DNA from: the human T2T-CHM13v2.0 reference genome, Homo sapiens
DNA: 64,000 bases
Direction: 5' to 3' (one strand)
Assembly: GCF_009914755.1 (NCBI RefSeq)
Contig: NC_060932.1
This document shows, in pieces, positions 26,273 to 40,859 of the stretch. The position numbers were made by a program, and so were the translations under genes. Each line of letters starts with the position of its first letter. Position 1 is the first letter of the stretch. The notes below the pieces were generated by a model. It did not search any database. It worked only from the letters and a program-made list of their open reading frames with translations, and had not been told where the DNA came from.

Positions 26273-28784
26273 CTAGAAAAAGAAACCAGAATATGGATTA
26301 AATTTTGCTTAGACTGTATTCAACACCTCCTGAGTGCCTATACACTATAAAACTCAGTGCCAAGTGCAAATGAAATCAGCTGCATCTTTTTATGGAAACT
26401 AAAAACACAGCTTCAGTTCTAATGAAACATTTAATGGGAACCTAGTGGGAATATATAGAAGCATGAGAGTGACTTTATGAATTGAGTTAAATTTCTATAG
26501 GTAGCATTAATAAGAAATAGATCCTCCTATTGCTATATGTTTTTATCTATATGAGTTTTGGGATTGTAATAAAATATTGGGATTATATAAAAGCAAGAAC
26601 TATGTCCCAGGCACTCTGCTAAGTTCACATGACCATTATTTCATTCAAGCCTCCAATAGCCTGCAAAGTAACACCATGACAAATTTTCAGAAGGAGGAAG
26701 ATGTTGAGGTCCAGAGAGGTTAAAAGTCTTGCCAACATCACAGAGCTAGTAAGGAAGCATGAAAGTTACCATACTTCTCTGAACCTCAGCTTTCTTGTAT
26801 TCAAACTTGGTAAAAAAAAAATTAAAAAAAAAACATATATTCATATACCTACACACACACACAGGGAGAGAGAGAGAGAGAAGAGAACGAGAGAGAGAGA
26901 GACCTTGTGATGTTGCAATGTTACTGGGACAATAATACTAAGTCATGTCTTTAAAGATCACAGCAGAGTGCCTGGCCTGTAGCAATGATTCAAAAAATGT
27001 TAACGAGAAAAAAGACACACTACTAATAAACCACAGGACTAGAATTTGAGCTTAAGCCCCTGATGCCACAAGTGGTTTCCACATATTTCTGCAATACCAT
27101 ATATGGTACTATGTACCCCGTGAGCTCAGCATATAAGTAATATGTCTTTTCATCCTGCAAAGTCCTATAGCTATTCTAAAATAGACATGGCTGTCTGCTT
27201 TATCAGCCTTGTAAATTGGTGGCAGTATATCTTTACGTCCAGGAAAGGAGAAAAAGTATTTGCTCATAAATATGATTTGGAGACCATCTACGGTACATGG
27301 TACTTGGAACCATATAGCCATGTTTTCTGTTTCTCTCCTTTTTAAAATGTGTCTCTCCACTATTTCCTTTCATTCATCTAAGTGTTTCATTCTAAACAAT
27401 ACACACACACATGCATGTACACACCCACACACACACATCTCTTGACCGTTCTGTCTGATCAAGAAGAATCACTCCATTCATCATTCCATTTGGCGCAAAA
27501 CTTAAACAGGGATCTATACTTACAAACTCCCATTCACTAATTAAATAACTTGAATTTGGCTTTTATCCTCATCCCTTTTCAGAAATCATTTTTATTTTTA
27601 TAGAGGTCACTGGACCCTTCTAATGTAGGGGCTTTATCTTGATCTCCTTCCTACTTGATCTCTTTGTGGCAAGGGCTCCTTCTAACTCTTCTGTCCCCAT
27701 AACTTCACCCATGGCATGTGTATTTTCACTATCTTCATCTTTTTCTGGCTTTTCCTCTGCCATCTGTCTCTTGATGTTGGTACTCTACTCTTAGCTACCT
27801 TTGCTAGCAATTTTGTGATCCCCTAAGGGATTTTCACACATTTCCACTGTCTCAGTGACTTCCTGTGCAATCACGCTCCTGTAGGGCAGGCCCTTTCCTT
27901 CTACATTTCTGTTGTGTGCTGGATATTTCCAACTGGATGTCCCCTGGGCCTTTGAAACTCACTGTGACCAAATCTCATACCTTCGCACTCACTTCCTTTC
28001 TGTTTTCTCATATTCTTCCTTTTGGGGGATGATTAAATTATTAGCCTAATCTCCTAAATTTAAGAATTTCAAAGTCAGTTCTAACTCCCTGCCCTTTCTC
28101 TTCCCATTTATTTTGCTGTCGAGCACTATTGACTTTATACACCAATATCTCTTGAACCTCTCCCTGTCTCCTTTTTGTAGCCTCACAACCCTGGTGAACT
28201 CTTATCCTCTCTTTACTACCAAAATAGCTTTTTAGCTTGGCTTCCACTTCTAATCCATCTTCCACAATATTGACAGAATTATCTTATATAGCAAAGGTCT
28301 TATCACACCACTTCACTGCCTTCATCTCTGTGGCATCCACCTCCTTCATTGTCTGCAGTTGAATTTCCTAAACAAGGTAGAGTGTACAAGGCTGGCATCT
28401 GGAAAACATCACTGTGGGAGTATGGTACACCTTCTTGAGGTGTCAATTTTATTTAATGATGATAATTTAAATGTAAAATAACCTCAATGGAAATAGTATA
28501 AAGGAATACATAAAATGTACATGCATTCTTACAATCTACCTAAAAATTCAAATGAAGTCTGTGCTTGTTGTGGGGTGTCCTAGATCTCTGTAATATGCTT
28601 TGCAGTATTTCAGTAGAAGAAGTTGAGGAGTGCTGGTGTGTAGGAAAACCCACAATTCTAAGTGAAATATATAGGCTCTTTATAATTAGCACTAATTACC
28701 CTTAAAAATCACTTCCTTCCATTCTTTCTAGTTAATTGAATGGGATGAATGATTTCTGGAAGATGAATTGTAATATTTTGTTAC

Positions 28785-28941
28785 CTTCCAAAGAGGAATC
28801 TCTGGTGATCTTCTCCATTAGCTCAATTTGGCCTTCTGCTGCAGCATAATGCAAGAAGAAGGTGTCCATATCGTCACATCTTTTTAATTTCTTTTGCTTA
28901 TTAAAGTTTTGTAATCCATATGCACTTCCTTCAAAAACCAC
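28785..28941 (-). CDS. TRPA1: TRPA1 exon 2 (VVFEGSAYGLQ...LHYAAAEGQIELMEKITRDSSLE), ankyrin region begins
   Basis: TAG| acceptor, |GTAA donor, 157 nt, phase-consistent. Confidence 0.97.
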
Positions 28942-31074
28942 CTAGAGGTATTTAAACACCATTATACCAAACAAGCATATGCAAAACTTATGGCTATAAT
29001 CATTTTATAGCCTGAAAGAACTTATTATTATCCAAAACTATCTATCATGCTTATATGAGGTAAATATTTTTCTTGAAATACACAAAATGTTTACGGACAC
29101 AAAGAAGGTTTGAGAAAATGCCCCAAGATTGATCAACACATGAAATAAACTTTTTTATCATGAACTCATTCATATATGCTTAGAAATAAAGGCCGTTCTT
29201 CCTCATTGTAAAGGAAATGCAGAAATCTTCCCCAAATGATTCAGATACTTGCTTCAATTCTACCATTGACCATAACTAGTCTCATATGCCACATGATAAT
29301 ATATGTCCAAACTCCAGTTTGTCATTTTGAAGAAAACTAGAGCATTTCTCACTACTGAAAAGAAAAGCTATCAGTGAAAATGAAGTATTAAGGTATTTAA
29401 TGTATCCTTAATATAACTAAGAAAGGATTTAGAATATTAGGATTTATTCAGCAAATGTCAGGTTGGAATAATAAAACTTAATTTCTTAAACTTTTGAACT
29501 TTAGTTTTTGCTTTTGTTATTACAGAATAGTACCTAACAAGTCACTCTTCTATGGTAGTCTCTTGAGATGTGTTACTTTTTAACTAAAAAAAATTAAATT
29601 CCATATAAGCTACATATAACTTTAGTGACTACAGGATATGACAATGAGCATCCAACCACTTCCAAATTTACACATATTCAGTAATAAATTTAAAATGGGC
29701 TTCTTGCAGAAATAGGATCTTTTTCCATGTCTCATCCTATCAAAGAAAGTGTTGGCCTAAATCTATTTGGAAGCATTTTGGTACTTGAATTTGATATGCT
29801 TTTTGCGTAATAAAGGGATTATGCTGCCCACTCCCTAGTGCCGGAAAGAGCAGTTTGGGATGTCTGTTCAGCGATGTGCTGTCAACACAAACCCAGTTCC
29901 ACACTCTTTAGAGGGAGTACTAGGTTCAGATGCTCACAAGGCACTATTGAATTTACAATAACAAAACAGCATCTAAATACTTTACATGAGCATATCAGAC
30001 GTACTAGATCATCTCAATCAGTACCTGACGTTGTCAGGCTTTGAAAAGATTTTTTAAAGTTCTGAAAGTAAGCCAAGGATGTCATTTAGACAAAATATAT
30101 ATTCATTTAATGTAGTTTCATGTTGTCACAGGGTCACTTCAGATTCTTTTGGAATCTGAACTATGTGATTAGATTCAGAACATAATAGACTAGATCACTT
30201 TTAGATAAGCTAATTCTAACTAAACCCTTTAAAACAGATATATCAAATACATCTGTTTTAGGTTGCTTTAATGAAATACATATAAGTAGCAATGTGGCCA
30301 AAAGGTTGGAAACTAAGGTGAGAGATAAAAAATAGAAAGTCAAATGCTAAACTATTCACTATCTTGAAAGAAAATAATTGGAAAAGGCTAAAAGCATCAG
30401 TCCAATGGTTCTTTTTCCACATTTCTCATCTTGTAAGTTTTCTGTGATCCTTCAGTTTTGTTAGTGTTCCTGAGATACTGTGTATGTGCTGGAGAAAATA
30501 TGTTATACAGCTTTTCTTTTAAATTAGGAAACAACCAAAAACCCTCTAGAGGTTAAAAAACCCTTCATCGTGTTATATATGTTTCTTTGTCATGGGTTCA
30601 ACAAGAGATTTTTACAAAATGATATGGAACTACTACAGTTAATGAAATAAAAGATATAATCCTTCAATCTACAAACTCTATGTAGCTTCTAAAAGGCTTA
30701 AAAAACATAAGTTGCTCTACGTAGATGATAAATCTAAATAAAGACTATTAGAAACACGAAGACAAATAATTTTGAGACTCGCTGCTAAGAAATCCTTCGG
30801 CAAATATCGCTAGAAAATAAAACCACATGGGTGATTTTAGAAATTTAAAATTTCTTCCTGTACCATATTAATTGTAAAGATACTATTCCAGTGGTTGAAA
30901 TCTATTTATGACTCAGTTCTCTGGAGTAAGCCAAAAGACCACAGTTATCATGCTAACATTAAGAAGGACAAAAAATGTCTGTGGCCAAACCGGACATGTC
31001 AACAGACTCACCTTGGGAGGCCTGGCTACTTGGTGTGTGTGATTAACTATACATGCCTGACTCACACCCACAAT

Positions 31075-31430
31075 TGGCAATAGTGCCAATTCCTGCAACC
31101 TGCTTAGAGAGCAATTTGTCAATTTCTACCAAAATTAAAGCTGTACATACCTCTTGACCCTGCTAGGACTTTGACATACAGACATAGCCATAAAGGTACC
31201 AAGGGACAGACAGACAGAGAAGCTACATCTACACTCACAGACATACTCTGTCACATGTGTAACAGCAAAACAAAACAAACACAAAACAGCTTAAGTGTCC
31301 ATCAGTGCAACACTGGTTAAATAAATCATGATCTAGTCATACAGTGGAATATTATGAAGCTGGTAAAAAGAGTGAGGTAAATCTACAAGTGCCAATTTGA
31401 AATGCATTCAAAAATACATTTTGTGAGTAA
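31075..31430 (+). mobile_element. Old L1ME-like fragment, intron 1
   Basis: 'aagtgtccatcagt...taaataaat...catacagtggaatattat' L1 3' signature. Confidence 0.6.
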
Positions 31431-32199
31431 ATCAGAGTGGAAATCTGTGAGTTCTTAACTTTGCAAATAAAACAAGATCTATTAGCATGTGTGTTTTTGT
31501 GTAAGCATTTTTTTTAACCTGGAAAATTCTTAAGAAACTGTTAACATGGTCCCTCTGTCGAAAGAGATTTGTGATGAGGGTTTGGAGAGACCTTTTTAAT
31601 GATGTCTCAACATTTTAAAAGAGCCCTTTTCTCCTGCTGACAATCTGATGAAATCCAGTGGTGGGCTCTGAGCACCCAACAGCCTCTATCCCTTAGACTA
31701 AGCCATCAGGTAGTAGCTAGTGCTGCCTTTAGGTCCGATAACTGCATAAGTAATAGAAGTGCCCATCCTAGAGCCTCAGGTCACTCACCCATCTTCAAAA
31801 GGTCACCTCCCCCACAGCGTTTCCTGAAGCTCCTACCCCTGGAGAAGGAATTTGCCACTCCTGCCTCCGTTTTATTGGGGACATTTTCTGCAACGCTCTA
31901 AGTGCAGACAATTGGTTTATCTGTTTCACTCTGTTAGACCAGAAGGCTTCTCAACCCCCAGAACTCTTAAATAGTTATCCAACGACTACCAGATACAGTC
32001 ATTCGGCTATTTGGTTCTAAACAAAATCTACGGAAAGGTCCAAGTGAAACGGCACACATTCCAAATTGTCCTGATTTTAGGCAGCTGCCCGATCTTGTGC
32101 CAGATGATACAGATACTTTTTGAGTAGGTTTCCCTGGACTGCAGTTGCCCGTCCAGGAGCAAGAATTCGGTTGGACAAACAAGCAAACAAAATAGATAA

Positions 32200-32870
32200 A
32201 GCAGGCGTTGTGTGGGCGCGTCTTTAGTAGGGTCACCTCTTGGATTGTGCACACACCCCAAAGCTTGCAACCCCCACGCTTTCTCCAAACCAAGGGCTGC
32301 CCCCAAGGAAACCTCCAGCCGACCCCCGCCCGCACGTCGGAACCCCTCCAGACCCGCGAGCCCCCAGAGTACCTTAAGCGATTCCTTGAAATCCTCCGTG
32401 TCGTCCGGCACATCCTCATAGACAACGCCCTGGGGCTCCTTCTTTTCTCCAGGGCGCCACATCTTCCTCAGGCTGCGCTTCATTGACCCCACCCCGGACG
32501 CCACCTGGTGCAGCTGCTCACCACGCGCGCGGGCACCTGGGGCGAGAGAGCGCTGTCAGCCTGCCAGGCGCTGGGGTCCGCGCGAGCCCGAGCTCTCCCG
32601 CGCTGCAGCTCACAGGCAGCGAAAAAGTCGCTCTGCGGAAGCCCTGGAGAACTTCTGGAAGGAGTTCTCAGGCCCGCGCTACTTTTGTAGTGCAGGAAGC
32701 AGGCGGGGCGCGGAGAGGAGGTAGAAACGCGGACCTCCTTCGCAAAGAGGGCGGCGGCGCCGCGTCTGCCTTGGACTCGCCCCTTCAGGGACAAAGTGAC
32801 TCGCCCGTCCCGCTGTCCTGCAGCTGCAGCAGCGCACTGACGGAGTCAAGCGTGTCAGGTCGGGGTGGAT
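32200..32870 (-). promoter_or_regulatory. TRPA1: TRPA1 CpG-island promoter and 5' UTR
   Basis: Dense CpG/GC in an AT-rich background; TATA-like TACAAAA (32689-32683); GC box GGCGGGGC at about 32702; TSS expected near 32658; E-boxes CAGGTG/CAGCTG in the UTR. Confidence 0.88.
32373..32483 (-). CDS. TRPA1: TRPA1 coding exon 1 (aa 1-37, MKRSLRKMWRPGEKKEPQ...KESLK)
   Basis: ATG at 32483-32481; translation matches the human TRPA1 N-terminus; donor AAG|GTAC at 32372; 111 nt. Confidence 0.98.
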
Positions 32871-32928
32871 TGCAGAGAATTTGTTATAATAAACTAAGAG
32901 GCCCCTTGCCCTGCCCCCCAACCTTGCA

Positions 32929-32933
<5 letters not shown>

Positions 32934-32969
<36 letters not shown>
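32934..32969. repeat. (GT)n microsatellite about 280 bp upstream of the TSS
   Basis: Direct reading. Confidence 0.95.
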
Positions 32970-32970
<1 letters not shown>

Positions 32971-35299
32971 GGGTGGAGGGTGGGGGGTGTAAAGAGAGAG
33001 GAAGAGGGAATGACTGGGTATATTGGAAAGATTTTTAGTTTTCAGGAGTTTTTTCTAACTAAAATCCTACAGACCTGTGTTTCCCACCACGTGCACCTTC
33101 TTCTGGCGGCCTCTTTGATTTGGAAATAACGTTTTTAACAAAACTTCTCATTCCAAACGTTTGGGACAATAGCTACATCCTAGCACTGGTTTGAGGGACT
33201 AGATTAAGTCCCTGTGAATATCAGGTCTCATTTCCTGTGGATAATAACAGTGATCCCCCTCACACTTTGGTGTTTAAGGGTGGTTAATAAAAAGGTGAGG
33301 TTAAACGTAAGCCACTGCTGACTGGTGCAAGTTTGTTTGCCCCCAGCTTCATTTGAGAGACTTATATTTATAGGACTGCTCTTCATTAAGTGTCAATCGA
33401 AGTGTCTCAATCGAAGAGGCTGGTTCTACTTTTACGTACAGACAAGGGAACTGTCTGGTACAGACAAGGGAACTGTTGCCGTAAGTTCAGGTTTACAAGG
33501 CTAGAACGCAAGAAACCTTTCTAAGGCTGATTATACCTTGCACAGGACAGAATGTAGCTTTGACAGTCTTTTGCTTTGACAGACGGTGCTTCCTGAAGGC
33601 CCTGGATTGTCGTATTCACCTGCTCATCTCCAGCACTTAACTCAAGACCCCCGTGGATCCAGGACCTGGCATAGGTGCACTCAGCAACGGTTTGTGGACT
33701 GTCTGACCTAGGGGCTGTGGTGGGCTGAGCTTAGGGCTAGGCAGAGTGGACATGATGATATTGAGGAACCATGAAAGGTCCCCCTAAATCTTCCAATGGA
33801 TATGGCAGGTTGCCATCAATTCCACCCCTGGAGTGGAATTCCTTGGAAGGATAATATTGAACTTAACCACATCATGAGTCCATGAGTATGGCTTGCTGGA
33901 GGATACAGGTGTTCAACTTCACCTTTGCACTCTTTTCTCATCAGCATCTGTGTTCAGGGTATGCAAGATAAGAATCAGTTGCACAACTTGCTATGATTTA
34001 GTTGAAGGAGGTAATGCATTTGGAGAAACCAATAAAGAAAAGAATCCCAGGGTTGGGTAAAAAGAATAACTCTCATTGAGCCATTGCTGCCTACCTGATA
34101 TTTTCCATATACCAGTTTAATGTTTTAAAATGGAAATGCCTCATAGGAATATTAAGACTTTTTATTTTTTATCATTGATTATTTTGATCGATTGCTTTTC
34201 TCACAACACTTAGCTGGAAAGGGTCACTAAGGCAAAAACTGAATAAAGAGGATGTTCGAAGTGATCATTTTGGAAGCTGGGGCAGTGGGCATGTCATGGC
34301 AGCAAGCATCAGATGGCCCTGTTGGCCCCGAGAGACAGGGGGTGACAGGGGTGGGGGGGGGCAGCGTGGGCCAGTGCGGGGAACTCCAGCAATGGATGGT
34401 TGAGGGGAATTCTGGGAGAAGGGTGGCTCCAGGCCAACAGCACCCCTCCTTTGTAATATCCCCTGGAGTCTGCATTCTTGCTTCTCTACCCCACTGACAT
34501 TCTCCAAAGCATGTATTCTTTTTAATTTGTCTTCTCTGTCTTTAACACTGAAAAATACAGTTGGTTAATATTATAGATATGATTTTTTTCCTGCTTTCTG
34601 CTTATAAAAGCAAATAGATTAAAAGATAGTTTAATTTTTAAAAAATATTATGGGGGTCTTGTTCCTTTTAGGCATTTTTCAGGCAGTGTCTTCCTAAGAC
34701 CTCTCAGGAATTCCCATGACTGTTTCTTCTTAATCATTAAATTATTTCCTACCCATCAAAAATATCTTTTTCATAGGCAGGCAGGGCAACTTCCTCTAAT
34801 TGCAAGATTAATTGCAAATCTTGGTCTTAAAATGCAAAATGTAAACAGGAACAAGATGGTATCTAGCTATTTACAATCAAGATCTTATTTCATTTGAAGT
34901 TTATTGATGAATAGCAGTAATGTGCAAGCTTTTTATATCAGTTATACTCTTAAAATGATAATTATTAGAGAAAAGAAACCTTCCTAGAAATTTTCTGAAG
35001 GTAATTTTTATTATCAAATTACAATTTGACATTACACAGGACCTTATTCAAGAAAATGAAAAGTAATAATAATAAATAATTTTATTTAAATTATCAAGGA
35101 AAATATAGTTATATGCACATATTGCTCAATAACATTTTATGAAAAAAATCTAAATTACCAAAATTCTCCTTAATTATTTTGTTCCTTAAATTTAAAAATG
35201 TTTTGTTTATAAATTAATTATAAAAATATTTATTTTTAAAGTCACTAATCCAGATATGTTATTAATGAAAAGGGGCCCAATATACATGCTAAGGAAAAT

Positions 35300-38200
35300 A
35301 GCATCTTTTATGAAACAAAACATAAAATGCACCCATGGAAAGTGCACAGTTTGATGACTTGTAGTAAATTTATACAAGTATACAACTATCTCCACAATCC
35401 AGTTTTAGAATATCTCCATCAATCCAAAAAGTTTCCTTAGACCCAGATGCAGTAAATCCCTCCCCAACCCAGACCCCTAAGCAACCTTCAATCTGTCTTT
35501 GGAGCACACTTTCTATCTCTATAGTTTAGCCTTCTCTAGAAATTTCAGATACATGGAGTCATACACTATGTAATATTTAGTATCTGGCTTCTTTTGCTTA
35601 GTATAATACACTTGAGATTAACCCACATTGTACTATATATCAGTAGTTTCTTCCTTTTTATTGATCAATAGTATTCCATTGTATGGGTATACCATGTTTT
35701 CTTTACCTATTTATCAGTTGGTAGACATTTGAATTATTTCCAGTTTGGGTCTATTATAAATAATGCTGCTCTGAACATTTTCATACAAATCTGTGGACAT
35801 ACATTTTTATTTCTCTTGTTTAGAGAGATACCTAGTAGTGGATTTGCTGAGTAATGTGATAAATATGTGTTTAGCTTTGTATGAAAATGCCTAATTACCT
35901 TCCAAAGTGGATGTACCATTTTATATGGCCTCCAGCAGTGTATGAGGATTCTACTTACTCCATAGCCTCACAAAACTTAGTATTGTCAATCTTTTTTTAT
36001 TATGATCATTCTAATGGTATATACCATTGAGTCTCTAATTAGTATTTCCCTAATGGCTAATGATATTGTCCATATTAGCATGTCTTATTATTCACTCATA
36101 TATTTTCTTGATGAAATATTTATTAAATTCTTTTGCCTCTTTTTAAATTGCGTTGTCTTCTTACTATTAAATTGTAAGAGTTCTTTATTCTAAATATAAC
36201 TCTTTAAACAGATAAATAATTTGCAAAGTTTTTTCAGAAGCTGTTATTTCTCTTTATTTTCTTAATAGTGCCTTTTGAAAAGCAAAACTTTTAATTTTGA
36301 TAAAAGTCTAATTTGTTAATTTCCTATATTGTGTTTTGGGTGCCATAGAAACTTTTGCCAATTCAAAATTAAAAAGCTTCTCTTCAGTATTTTCTTCTAG
36401 AAGTGTCAGCTCTTAACTAGATCAATTTTGAGTTAATTTTTTGTTCGGGTTGTGGGGTAGAGGTCTAAGTTCATTTTTATTGCATATGGATATACAACTG
36501 TTACTAGTTGTTAAAAAAACTATACATCCCTCATAGAACTGCCTTCAAACCATTGTCAAAAATCAATTGACTACAAATGTAAGAGTTTGTTTCTAGACCC
36601 CTATCTTCTTCCATTGATTAATATCTCTATATTTAAGCCAATACCACATGGTCTTGACTTATATATTCAGGTTATTAATCTCTTGTCAGATGGGTAGTAT
36701 GATGGTTAATATTAGGTGTCAACTTGACTAGATGGAAGGATGCCTTGATGGCTGATGAAGCATTGTTTCTGGGTATGCCTGTTGCATTTAGTCTATAGAT
36801 TGATTTGGTGGGAAGGGCCATTTTTAAAATATTGAGTCTTCTGATCCATAAACATGGTATATTTTCAGTTTATATAGATCTGTCTTGATTCTCTCAGCAG
36901 TGCTTTGTAGTTTTCTATGTACAGTTCATGCATATTTTTGGTTAAATGTATTCCTAAGGATTTTATTAATTTTAAGCTATTTTAAATGAAATGATTTTCT
37001 TAATTTTACCATCAGATGATTTGCTGTTTACAGAAATACAATTGAATTTTCCAAGTGATCTTGTTTTCTACAGTATTACTAACTTTGCTTATTAATTCTA
37101 GTAGATTTTTAAGAGACTTTTTAGAATCTTAAACATATAAGACAATGCTAATAAAGACAGTTTGCTTCTTCCTTTTGCAATTGTATGCCTTTAATTTTTT
37201 TTCCCACCTCAGTCACTGATTAGAAGCTCTAGGACATTGTTGAATAGAAGAGGAGAGAGTGGATATCCTTACCTTTTTCCCAATCTTAGGGGGAAAGCAA
37301 TATCTTTCAACATTAAATATGACATTAAAGTAGGATTTTCATAGATGTCTATTATCAGGTTGAGGAAAATATTTTATAATTTGTTTTTATCAAGAGTGGG
37401 TGTTGAATTTTGTCTGATACTGTCTCTACAACTATTAAGATGATCACATGTTTTTTTCTCACTTACATTATTTTATATTAATAGATATTCTAATATTAAA
37501 CCAACCTTTTCATATGTTACTGGATTCAGGTTGCTAATATTTTGTCAAAGATTTCTGTGTTTAGGCTCAAGAAGAATATTGATCTGTAGTTGCCTCTTTT
37601 TGTGATATCTTTGTATAGCTTTGCTATCAGTATAGTAGTGGCCTCCCTGAATAAGTTTAAAACTGTTGTCTTCTATTTTCTGAAGTAGTTTGTATAATAT
37701 TGGTATTATTTTTTTTAAAGGTTTAATAGAATTCACCAGTGCAGGCCTTTGGGAAGATATTTAATTACTAATTCAATTTTTATCTTTTGTAGAGCTATTT
37801 TGATTTAATATTTTTGCTTGAGTAAATTTTGGTAATTTGATGAGAAGTTTGTCCATTTAATCTAAGTTGTCTATGTGTTTGTTGGCACAAAGTTGTTCAT
37901 AGAATTCCTTTACAATCAATTTAGTCAATCAGTTTCTTGTAGGGTGTGTAATAATGCCCCTTCTTTCATTCCTGTTTTTTGTCATTCATGTAATCTCTTT
38001 CCTAGCTAATAGTTTATCAGTTTTGTTGATTGTTTTTCAAGAACCAACTTTTGATTTTATTGATTTTCTCTATTGTTTCTCTACTTTTGTTTCATTTTTT
38101 TCTTTCTTTAATTTTTCTTTCTAATTATTTGGGTTCAATTTGCTCTTCTTCCTTTACCTTTTTGAGGTAGAACATTCAGTTGTTGATTTTGGATCTTTCT

Positions 38201-40490
38201 TCTAATATAATTATTTAAAGATACAAAATACTTACTCAACTTTACAGTAGCTGCATTTCATAAATTTTGATTTGGCGTGTTTTCAGTTCTGGTTTCTTCT
38301 TTGGCTCACAAATTACTTTTGGAACTCTGTTGCTTAATTTTCAAGTATGTGGGATTTTCCCAAATTTATTTCTGTTGTTGATATTCAATTCACCCTGTTT
38401 ATGGTCAAAGAACATACTTTGTATTGTTTCAATCCACGTAAATTCAAATGTAGAACTGTTGAAACATTTTATGCCTAGCGTATGGTCTATCTAGTAGACT
38501 GTTCTACATACACTTGAAAATAATGTATTTTCTGCTATCATTTGGTAAAGTTTCTCAGTATGTTATTGGGTATACTTCGGTGATAGTGTTGCTCAAGTTT
38601 TCTATATTCTTAGTGATTTTCTATTTATTATGTTATCAGTTACTGAGAATATTAAAATATCAAATTATAATTGTTAAATTGTCTATTTCTTCTCACAATT
38701 CTGTCAGGATTTATACTCCATTGAGCGAGTGTCTTTGTTCTTAGATGCATACTTATAATTATTGTCTTCCCACTATATTTTCCTTTTTATCATTATGAAA
38801 TTTCCTTTATGGTCTTTAGTAATATTTCTTATTTTAAAGTCTATTTTATCTGATATTGTCATGCCAGATCACTTATGCTTACCATTCAGATGGCAGATCT
38901 TTTTCCATCCTGTTAATTTTAATCTATTTGTTTTTAAACTGTTTCTTATAAATAGCATATAGTTGAATCTTTCTCTTTTATACAGGTTGACAGTCTCTCC
39001 CTTTTAATTACAATATTTACTCATTATATCATTGACATTTAATATGATTATTGATATGGAACTGCCATTTTAATATTTGTTTGTTTGTATCACATATTTT
39101 TCTTTCACTCTGTTTTTTCTCTACTGCCTTCTTTTGTATCCAACAATTGTCTTAACATGCCATTTTAATTCATTGGTAGATTGTTTGGATGTTTTCAGGT
39201 TATTTTCATAGTATAGTGATTACAATGTTCATCTTTAACTTATTACAGTCTACTTTAGGTTAATACTTGTTTAATTCAGTAAACTATGGCAATGTTCCTC
39301 CAATGTATCACAATTTCCTCTCCCATTTTATGTTGTTATTGTCATATGTAATACATTTATACATCTATGCATGGTATATACTCTAAAATAGTGTGTTATA
39401 ATTCTTCTTTTTAAACAATTTGACATTTTTAAAAGAAATTAAAAGAAGAAAATAGGATATACAAACACACACACGGACTTTTATATTTGCCTACTTATTT
39501 ACCATAGCTAGTGGTCTTCATTTATTCTAATAGATTTGAGTTACTGTCTGCTACTATTTTCTTTCAATATGAAGGATTTCTTTTAGAACATCTAATAAGG
39601 CAAGTCTGCTTGGAAAATAAAATAAGGAATACTTTTTGCTGGATATAGAAGTTTTGTTTGATACACATTTCTTTCATCACTTTGAGTATTATTACATTGC
39701 CTTCTGGCCTCCATTGTTTTCAATGAGAAGTCAACAAATTATCTTTTTTTTTTTCAATTAGATAAGTAGTTTTTCTCTTCCTAATTTCAAGATTTTTCTC
39801 TGTCTTTCAGCAACTTGACTCTAAGGTATCCATGTATTGACATCTTTGTGTTTAACTTCCTTAGTGTTCATGGACCTTCTTGAATTTGTAGATTAATACT
39901 TTTTTTTTCAAATTTGAACAGTTTTCAGTCATAATTTCTTCAAATAATTTTTCTTCTCCTTTCTCTTGCTCTTTTCTTTTTGGGACTTCCATTATGTATA
40001 TGCTGGTAAACTTAATGTTGTCCATGTTTCTGTTCAATATTTTTAGTCTTTTTTATCTCTGCTTTAGATTAATTTTTATTTATCTGTCTTCAAGTTTACT
40101 ATTTCTTCATTGTTTCCAAATCTGCTATTGAGCCTACTAGTAAATTTTTCATTTATATTATTGTCTTTTCAACTCTAGAATGCCCATTTGGTTCTTTTTG
40201 TTTTTAGTTTATATTTATTAAAATTCCCTTGTTGTTTTGTCATTCTCAACATATTTTCCTTTCATTCTTTGAAAATGTTTTCTTTATCATTCAACATCTT
40301 TATATTAGCTGATTTGAAATACTTAACTGCTAAATCTAACATCTATACTCAAATAGAATTAGTTTCTGTTTGTTCCTTTTTTCCTCTTTCTGAGTATGGG
40401 CTACACTGACTTGTTTCTTTGCTTGTCTTATAACATTTTGGCTTATAACTGGACGTTTTAGATGAATATCACAGCAACTCCAGGTTTTGA
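35300..40490 (-). mobile_element. Large decayed L1M (L1MB/MC-type) element
   Basis: About 5 kb T-rich tract with antisense ORF2 remnants (e.g. 'IIPILYKLLQKIE') and 3' UTR motifs near 35.3-35.9 kb; ends approximate. Confidence 0.8.
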
Positions 40491-40512
40491 TTAATTTTTA
40501 AAAATATTTTCT

Positions 40513-40859
<347 letters not shown>

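Noticed and set aside
32800-32832. Possible REST/RE1 site (GGACAGCG half-site on the minus strand)
   Set aside because: Left half matches TTCAGCACC poorly and the spacing is off
31967-32992. Several 100-170 aa ORFs around exon 1
   Set aside because: Expected from stop-poor CpG-island sequence; mostly non-ATG starts; only 32373-32483 matches TRPA1
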